Origin: Synechocystis sp. PCC 6803 substr. PCC-P
GTDB lineage: Bacteria; Cyanobacteriota; Cyanobacteriia; Cyanobacteriales; Microcystaceae
Direction of reading: 5' to 3'
DNA length: 32,000 nucleotides
NCBI RefSeq assembly: GCF_000284455.1
Contig: NC_017039.1
Coordinates: 3,480,001 to 3,512,000 of the forward strand
Shown here: piece after piece, positions 26,590 to 32,000 of the stretch
How positions within the stretch are numbered: the first letter of the stretch is position 1
Layout: each line of letters begins with the position of its first letter
Program-made: the position numbers and the translations under genes
The notes under the pieces: generated by a model
What the model was told of the DNA's origin: nothing
Seen by the model: only the letters and a program-made list of their open reading frames with translations
Database searches by the model: none

Positions 26590-28224
26590 TTGCTCAAACA
26601 TAATTACGGTCATCAATTGAAACAAATTCGACAAATATTAGCATTCCATTGCACAATTCTCTGCCAAGGAGCGTTGCTGGCCGGTTCTGTATTTGCCAAT
26701 GAAGTTTACCCTAGTTATCTCAGCGAAAAGGGCATCGAAAGTGAGTTTTTGCATCAGTCTCCCCACAGTCTAACTGGTCGCAAGATCGCCATTGGCCAGA
26801 TGGAAATGGGTCGGCCAGTGCAATATCTTTGGGATAAGTTGGGCGGTTGGCAACCCCCTTACCGTTTAACAGGGGTGTTTCATCTCAATCAAATTTCCCC
26901 CCGCAATCGTTTTTTTGACGACCATGCCGGTATGGTGGCCCAGGCCATGGTTAGCCGGGATAAACGTTATCCAGGGGTAGCACCGGAAGCTCGACTTTAC
27001 TCCACCGCCATGGGGCCACTATCAGAAAATTTGCAACCCCAACAATGCTTGGCCGGACAATTTGTTAGTCGCCAAGATGGGAGCAACATCCGGGCAGTCA
27101 ATTTGAGCTATGGGGAGTCGTTGGAGCGGGACGCTAGGGGGGATGCCCAGTTGGACGGCAATGCTTTATTAACTTTGTGTTTAGATTGGCTGACCCAACA
27201 GCAAAATCTACTCTTTGTGGTGGCCGGAAACCAGGGTACGGGAGGCATTGCCATTCCGACGGATAACTATAATGGCATCACCGTCGCCTACACTGTCCAA
27301 TCTGCCGATCGCCAGGGGCGCTATGACCGCATGGCCTTTACAAATCTGAGTCGGCAACCGGAGGGCATGGGCAAAAGAATAGTGGAACGGGAAATCAATC
27401 AGGGGAGACGCCAGGGGGTGAGCTTGGTGGCTCCAGGCAGTGATTTTTATCTGTATGACATGAAGGGGCGAGTGGAATGGGTCAGTGGCAGTAGCTTTGC
27501 CTCCCCTCTGGTGACGGGCACCGTTGCTTTATTGCAGGAATTTGGCGATCGCCAGTTATTGGTCAATACCAACAGTAGCCGCTGGAATTTAGATGCCCGC
27601 AGGCCCATGGTGATGAAAGCGGTGTTACTCAATTCAGCAGTAAAAATTCGCAATGCCGGTTTGGGCACAAACTACACTCTTTACAGCAGTAAAAAACGGG
27701 ATTGGCTAGCAACGGAAGCTTACCGAGACCCCGTCCTACCGTTGGATTTGGAAATGGGAGCTGGTCAACTGAACGCCCGTCGAGCCCTAGAACAATTCCA
27801 GTCTGGAGCCTATGGGCCTGGGGAAAATGATCTCCCGGCGATCGCCTGGGATTACGGGGCAATTCAACCGGGACAGACCATCAGTTATTCTTTGTCTAAA
27901 CCTTTAAAGGGAGGAGAATTTGCCAGTGTCACCCTTGTGTGGGAAAGACTAGTGCAATTGTTGGACAGTAATGGTAATCAACAATATGACCTAGGGGAGA
28001 GTTTTCAAGCCCAGCCCCTAAGTAACCTAGATCTATTTATCACTGACCAAGGCGGGGCTACCCCGGTGGTTTGTTCTTCTCAAAGCAAAGTTGATAACGT
28101 AGAACATTTTCTCTGCCCCATTGCTAGTACGGGGAAATATACTATTCAAGTCAAACATCAGGGCGGTGGAACTGCACCCCGACCAGAAAACTATGCCCTG
28201 AGTTGGTGGACTGTTACTAATTGA
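26590..28224 (+). CDS. Secreted subtilase-like (S8-type) serine protease with atypical triad
   Basis: 544 aa with hydrophobic leader. FFDDHAGMVAQAM (His), LLFVVAGNQG (oxyanion Asn), GSSFASPLVTGTVALLQE (Ser). The Asp position appears to be Glu (KIAIGQMEMGRP). Possible C-terminal P/Jelly-roll-like domain. Confidence 0.85.
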   Translation: MLKHNYGHQLKQIRQILAFHCTILCQGALLAGSVFANEVYPSYLSEKGIESEFLHQSPHSLTGRKIAIGQMEMGRPVQYLWDKLGGWQPPYRLTGVFHLNQISPRNRFFDDHAGMVAQAMVSRDKRYPGVAPEARLYSTAMGPLSENLQPQQCLAGQFVSRQDGSNIRAVNLSYGESLERDARGDAQLDGNALLTLCLDWLTQQQNLLFVVAGNQGTGGIAIPTDNYNGITVAYTVQSADRQGRYDRMAFTNLSRQPEGMGKRIVEREINQGRRQGVSLVAPGSDFYLYDMKGRVEWVSGSSFASPLVTGTVALLQEFGDRQLLVNTNSSRWNLDARRPMVMKAVLLNSAVKIRNAGLGTNYTLYSSKKRDWLATEAYRDPVLPLDLEMGAGQLNARRALEQFQSGAYGPGENDLPAIAWDYGAIQPGQTISYSLSKPLKGGEFASVTLVWERLVQLLDSNGNQQYDLGESFQAQPLSNLDLFITDQGGATPVVCSSQSKVDNVEHFLCPIASTGKYTIQVKHQGGGTAPRPENYALSWWTVTN

Positions 28225-28932
28225 GCAGAGTAACCGAGAACCTAACCAGTCTCCGGAAACTTGAGGGTGATGTGGCCAATCAGGTAAATTACACCAAGTC
28301 TTAAAACGATATCGCTCTTCTATCATTGTGGGTAGGATAAGATGGAGAAGATAGTCTGAAATGCAGAGGTGGTATATGGTTGCCCCACGTGAAGCAAAAG
28401 AAACAGTACAATTCATTGACAAATACTGCGAAGGATACAGAGACTTATTTTATTTCCAAAAGTGAGAAGCTTTGAATACTTTAAATACTTGCATCTAGGA
28501 TTAATTGCGAATATAAAGAGAAAAACCTTCCCAGAAATAGCTAAGGTAGTAGGACTAGAAAATGGACAAGGATTTGACTATTTCTTCGGTAACAGCCCTT
28601 GGTCGTTAGAGGAGGTAAGGGAAAGAAGAATTAATAAAATTCTGAGTTTTGCGGAAGGAGAAGCAATAACAATGCTCATAGACGAAACAGGGGATAGGAA
28701 AAAAGGAAGAAAGACAGATTATGTTGCGCGTCAGTATATTGGCAATCTAGGAAAAATAGAAAATGGAATAGTAGAGGTGATGTGTTATGGAATTATAAAG
28801 GGAATGACAGTACCATTAATCAGCAAAGTATATAAACCAGAGACAAGACTAAAAGAGGGGGATAAATACAAAAGTAAACCAGAGATAGTAGGGGAAATTA
28901 TCAAAGAAATAAAAGAGCTTGGTTTCAATATA

Positions 28933-29879
28933 TAGTAGTTTAAAATAAAGCTGAGACGCTAAACGCCACAGTAAGAACGGATAATTTCATCAAGAGACGT
29001 GTCAATAGGAGCGTACATTCTAGCTCGTTTCAAGGCACTAAAGTCATGCTCAATATCATTTAAATCAGGAGAATATTTCGGCAAAAAAAGAACTTCATGA
29101 CCTGCTTCTTTAGCCAATTCTTTAATGGCAGTTTTACGATGAATAGGAGCATTATCCATTATTAATATTGATGGAATGTCGAGGGAGGGTAGCAAATATA
29201 ATTTTAACCATCCTTCAAAGCCTTCTGCATTCAAACTCCCGGTAAAAACCATCGGCGCAATCAAATCTTTTTTTCCTTTTCTTCTCCCTGCTACTAGATT
29301 TTCTCTGACTCCCCTTTTTCCTTGTCTATCTCCATAAACTTTTTTTCCTTTTTTTGACCAGGCATAAATACAAGCCTGGATTGCTTCGAATCCAGATTCA
29401 TCTATGTAAACTATAGCTTGACTACCATAGAGCTTAATTAGTTCTCTTAACATTCTATAGTACTTAACTCGTTCCTCCCGGTTTCTTTCTCGATAACGTA
29501 GTTCTTTTTTTTTTCTGTTTATTTTCATTTTCTTTAATGCGTAATATACGGCACTCGGCCTCACTCCAAATTTCTTGGCTCTGTCTATCAATCTTGCATC
29601 GGGATTTTCTTCTACGTCTTTTTTTAGAGCTTCCCAGTCTAATTTCCTATGGCGACGCTCTACTTTTGTTGGGCTTAAATCTACTCTATTTAACCATCTG
29701 TATATCGAGGCTTTTCCTATTTTATATATCTTGGAAGCCTCAGTTATTTTTCCTCCAGCTTCTATATAAGCTACTACCCTTTGCCTTAAATCTAAACTGT
29801 AAGCCATTGTTTAAACCTGTTCATTTTGTACACTCCATAATTTTACATTAAATTCTCTCATCGTTAATTGAAATGACTA
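28933..29879 (-). mobile_element. ISY100 (IS630/Tc1-mariner superfamily) insertion
   Basis: Starts TAGTAGTTTAAAATAAAGCTGAGA and ends (revcomp) TAGTCATTTCAATTAACGATGAGA, flanked by TA at 28931-28932 and 29880-29881. Excising the element plus one TA restores TTC AAT ATA AAG GTA (FNIKV). Length 947 bp. Confidence 0.93.
28959..29807 (-). CDS. ISY100-type IS630-family transposase (DDE), apparently intact
   Basis: 282 aa. MAYSLDLRQRVVAYIEAGGKITEASKIYKIGKASIYRWLNR helix-turn-helix, then YIDESGFEA, IMDNAPIH and LPKYSPDLNDIEHDFSALKR catalytic motifs. Confidence 0.95.
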   Translation of the reverse strand: MAYSLDLRQRVVAYIEAGGKITEASKIYKIGKASIYRWLNRVDLSPTKVERRHRKLDWEALKKDVEENPDARLIDRAKKFGVRPSAVYYALKKMKINRKKKELRYRERNREERVKYYRMLRELIKLYGSQAIVYIDESGFEAIQACIYAWSKKGKKVYGDRQGKRGVRENLVAGRRKGKKDLIAPMVFTGSLNAEGFEGWLKLYLLPSLDIPSILIMDNAPIHRKTAIKELAKEAGHEVLFLPKYSPDLNDIEHDFSALKRARMYAPIDTSLDEIIRSYCGV

Positions 29880-30875
29880 TAAAGGTAGTATTAGCATATA
29901 GTGAATATGGAGAGAGCAGCGAGAACTTTGTAAGAGTATTAGAAAAAGAAAATCTAGAATATGTACTAGCTATAAGGAGTGATCATGGAGTCTGGCTTGG
30001 GAAAGAGGAAAGAGTAAGAGCGAACAAATGGAGAAAATTTGAGAGAGAATTTGCAAGTGGAAAGTCGGAAGTAAGATACGAATAAGATACGTGAGAGAAA
30101 TTATTTATGGAAGGAGAGGGGAAAAAAGATATTAGCAAGTAACGGATAACAAGGAGAAAATGCCGTCAAATTCAACGTATTTTATTATGACAAAAGTATC
30201 AGAAATAAAATATAAAGAAGTGGGTAACTTATATGGAGCAAGGAACTGGATAGAGTATGGATTAAAGCAAATAAAGAATGAACTGGGGTGGGCAGATTTT
30301 AGAATGATGGACTATTCCAGAATAGAAAAATGGCGGGAAATAGTGATGAGCGTATATTTAATGGTAAGTCTTCAGATAGAAAATTTGCCTCCGCATGATA
30401 ACTCCTTAAACAAATCAAAACAGACTAGGGAGATAGCTTATCAGAATATACAAAAACATCCTTGGTGGAATCAAAAAAGTGGATGGAAAAACATACTTAA
30501 CAACATGAAATTAATAATTCAGCCATTATGTTACTTTAATTTATTAAAGCCGTGGATGACGGTGATTTATACACCTCAGTTATTGAAAAACTTCCATTGC
30601 TTATTTGACAGATTGAAGAAGGCAGTAATGGCTTTAGGAGACCTTATTATTGCTCCAATTATTTTACCTTTCCACCTACACTGATAGAAGAGTGATAAGT
30701 TGGAAATTAAGAACATCTTCGCTGATACTAAACATTAACCCGATCATATCTCAGCACTTTCTGTTTGATTAACTGTAGAGGACTAAAAAAGGTAGAAGAG
30801 AGAACCCCTTAGCAAATAGGATTAACTGACTTCTACCCTACAACCTATTGACAGGATGCTGTTTTGATGGATAAT

Positions 30876-32000
30876 TTACTGTTTGGTCAAACGGGTTAAT
30901 ACCGCATTAGAGCGTTCAATGAAACCTTTCATGCCCTCCGCATCAAAACCTTTTTGGGCCATCAATGCCAAGTCATAAACATGTTGACAAAGGGATTTTG
31001 CTAATTCTGCTGAGGGAGATTCCCCACTGCCAGTGACAATACCGCCTTGGCTGAGGGAAAGAATGTTTTTAATTAGGGGGTGGTTGGTGTTAATGGCTAA
31101 CACATGTTGTTCCGGGAAAGCCATCGCCTGCTGTTGCATCATGGCAGTCATTTCCTGGAGGCGTCGCATGGCTTCCGGTAGAAGTACCATGGCTGGAGGG
31201 GTAGATTGGGGATCGTCGGATTTTAATGATTGGGTTTTGATGTTGATGTTGGGATTATTGAGGGCCTTTTCAAAGATTTCTTTGATTTGCTCACTGCGGG
31301 ATTTGTTGGTGGCGGGGTCCACAATGTCGCTGGCTTTATCCTCTTCAATCAAACTTTGATCCAGTTCTGAATCTACCCGGGAAAATTTGACGTCACTGTA
31401 TTCTTTTTCTAGGAAAGGAATGAAGTAATTAGTGTCAATGAAAGAATCCATAAATAGGACCTCAATACCCTGGTTTTTATACAGTTCCACATAGGTGGCT
31501 TGGGTAGCTTGATCGGTGCAGTAAAAAACTCGATTTTCGTGGCGTTCTTTATTGCGTTCCAAATAACGTTTCAGGCTGGTGTAACCTTCTTTTTCGTAGG
31601 GATTAACCCCGTCACTCTGGTTAGTTTCAGCCCAGGCATCACCATCTTCGGTCAGAACTTCTACCTTTGGTTCCGTACTTTCTGCTGTGGCTTTATAGGT
31701 GGTGCGGTAGAGCAATAAATCTTCTACTTGTTGTTTGAATTTATCTTCCCGCAGGGAACCAAATTTGACAAAGGTACCAATGTCTTCCCAACATTTGAGA
31801 TATTCTGCCGGATTTTCGTCGTACAAAGATTTAAGGCGATCGCCAACTTTTTTGGCAATGTAATCAGCAATGCGACGCACAGTGCGGTGATTAGTGAGGG
31901 CACTGCGGGAAACGTTGAGGGGAATATCGGGACTATCAATTACCCCCCGGAGCGGCATCAAAAATTCGGGAATGACTTCTTCGCAATGGTCACTGACAAA
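30876..32000 (-). CDS. htpG: Molecular chaperone HtpG (Hsp90), C-terminal part, truncated by the window edge
   Basis: The frame stays open beyond the track ORF start (31961) to 32000 as FVSDHCEEVIPEFLMPLRGVIDSPDIPLNVSRSALTNHRTVRRIADYIAKKVGDRLKSLY, a typical Hsp90 middle-domain sequence. Confidence 0.93.
   Translation of the reverse strand, partial: FVSDHCEEVIPEFLMPLRGVIDSPDIPLNVSRSALTNHRTVRRIADYIAKKVGDRLKSLYDENPAEYLKCWEDIGTFVKFGSLREDKFKQQVEDLLLYRTTYKATAESTEPKVEVLTEDGDAWAETNQSDGVNPYEKEGYTSLKRYLERNKERHENRVFYCTDQATQATYVELYKNQGIEVLFMDSFIDTNYFIPFLEKEYSDVKFSRVDSELDQSLIEEDKASDIVDPATNKSRSEQIKEIFEKALNNPNINIKTQSLKSDDPQSTPPAMVLLPEAMRRLQEMTAMMQQQAMAFPEQHVLAINTNHPLIKNILSLSQGGIVTGSGESPSAELAKSLCQHVYDLALMAQKGFDAEGMKGFIERSNAVLTRLTKQ

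Larger units (their letters stand above)
28376..30684 (+). pseudogene. IS701/IS4-like transposase pseudogene, split by frameshifts, an IS insertion and a nonsense codon
   Basis: Successive plus-strand reading segments: MVAPREAKETVQFIDKYCEGYRDLF (28376-), VRSFEYFKYL...IKELGFNI (28462-28932), IKVVLAYSEYGESSENFVRVLE...SEVRY (29882-), VREIIYGRRGEKRY*QVTDNKEK (30091-), MPSNSTYFIMTKVSEIKYKEVGNLYGARNWIEYGLKQIKNELGWADF (30160-30684). Confidence 0.9.
28310..30697 (+). mobile_element. Degenerate IS701/IS4-like insertion sequence, itself interrupted by an ISY100-type element
   Basis: Near-terminal inverted repeats TATCGCTCTTCTATCA (28310-28325) and TGATAGAAGAGTGATA (30682-30697, revcomp TATCACTCTTCTATCA), 15/16 identical, bracketing one broken transposase gene. 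The exact outer ends are not established. Confidence 0.8.
1303..31790. repeat. Dispersed HIP1 octamer palindromes GCGATCGC
   Basis: Seen for example at 183-190, 1303-1310, 1501-1508 and 6751-6758, and near 8610, 9902, 10591, 12661, 16383, 21022, 23907, 24383, 26087, 27546, 27839 and 31783. Mostly as GGCGATCGCC. Confidence 0.95.

Noticed and set aside
28033-28422. 129-aa minus-strand ORF over the protease 3' end and IS left end
   Set aside because: It overlaps the protease C-terminus and the first codons of the broken transposase on the opposite strand, with no recognisable motif.
28462-28935. A separate 157-aa transposase gene, as the track suggests
   Set aside because: It is the middle fragment of one larger pseudogene. 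Its stop codon is created by the ISY100 terminus.
29537-29851. Plus-strand hydrophobic ORFs (29537-29851, 29575-29769)
   Set aside because: Antisense to the intact ISY100 transposase.
30700-30870. Possible terminator GGTAGAAG...CTTCTACC upstream of the htpG stop region
   Set aside because: The 8-bp arms are far apart (over 30 nt) and there is no convincing U-tail. Kept only as a weak possibility.
1-32000. CRISPR arrays, tRNA or rRNA genes
   Set aside because: I saw no regularly spaced direct repeats, no cas-like ORFs and no tRNA-like sequence. A short tRNA could still be missed without a tool.

Overview
This window looks like chromosome from Synechocystis or a close relative. It carries many HIP1 palindromes (GCGATCGC), and one insertion element matches what I recall of ISY100 in length (947 bp) and ORF size (282 aa). 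The right two thirds is mostly recognisable genes: a Ski2/Mtr4-like helicase, ilvD, a phosphoketolase, a short RND transporter, truB, a HAD hydrolase, an S8-type protease and the edge of htpG. The most interesting locus is a seven-gene, same-strand cluster at about 116-10126 (minus strand). It encodes a vWA lipoprotein, a small multi-TM protein, a tubulin/FtsZ-like GTPase, a 1072-aa protein with a C-terminal actin/HSP70-type ATPase, a TM coiled-coil protein, a signal-peptide/SH3-like/TM protein and a soluble coiled-coil protein. The last three appear to share one small module. I suggest this is an uncharacterised envelope-linked system pairing actin-like and tubulin-like NTPases. A second notable locus is an RHH + GIY-YIG protein in an AT-rich patch. 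A third is a heavily decayed IS701/IS4-like transposase that can be rebuilt almost base by base around a precise ISY100 insertion; one of its fragments (30160..30684) is labelled with the wrong strand in the supplied ORF track. No computation was available, so all homology calls rest on motif recognition.
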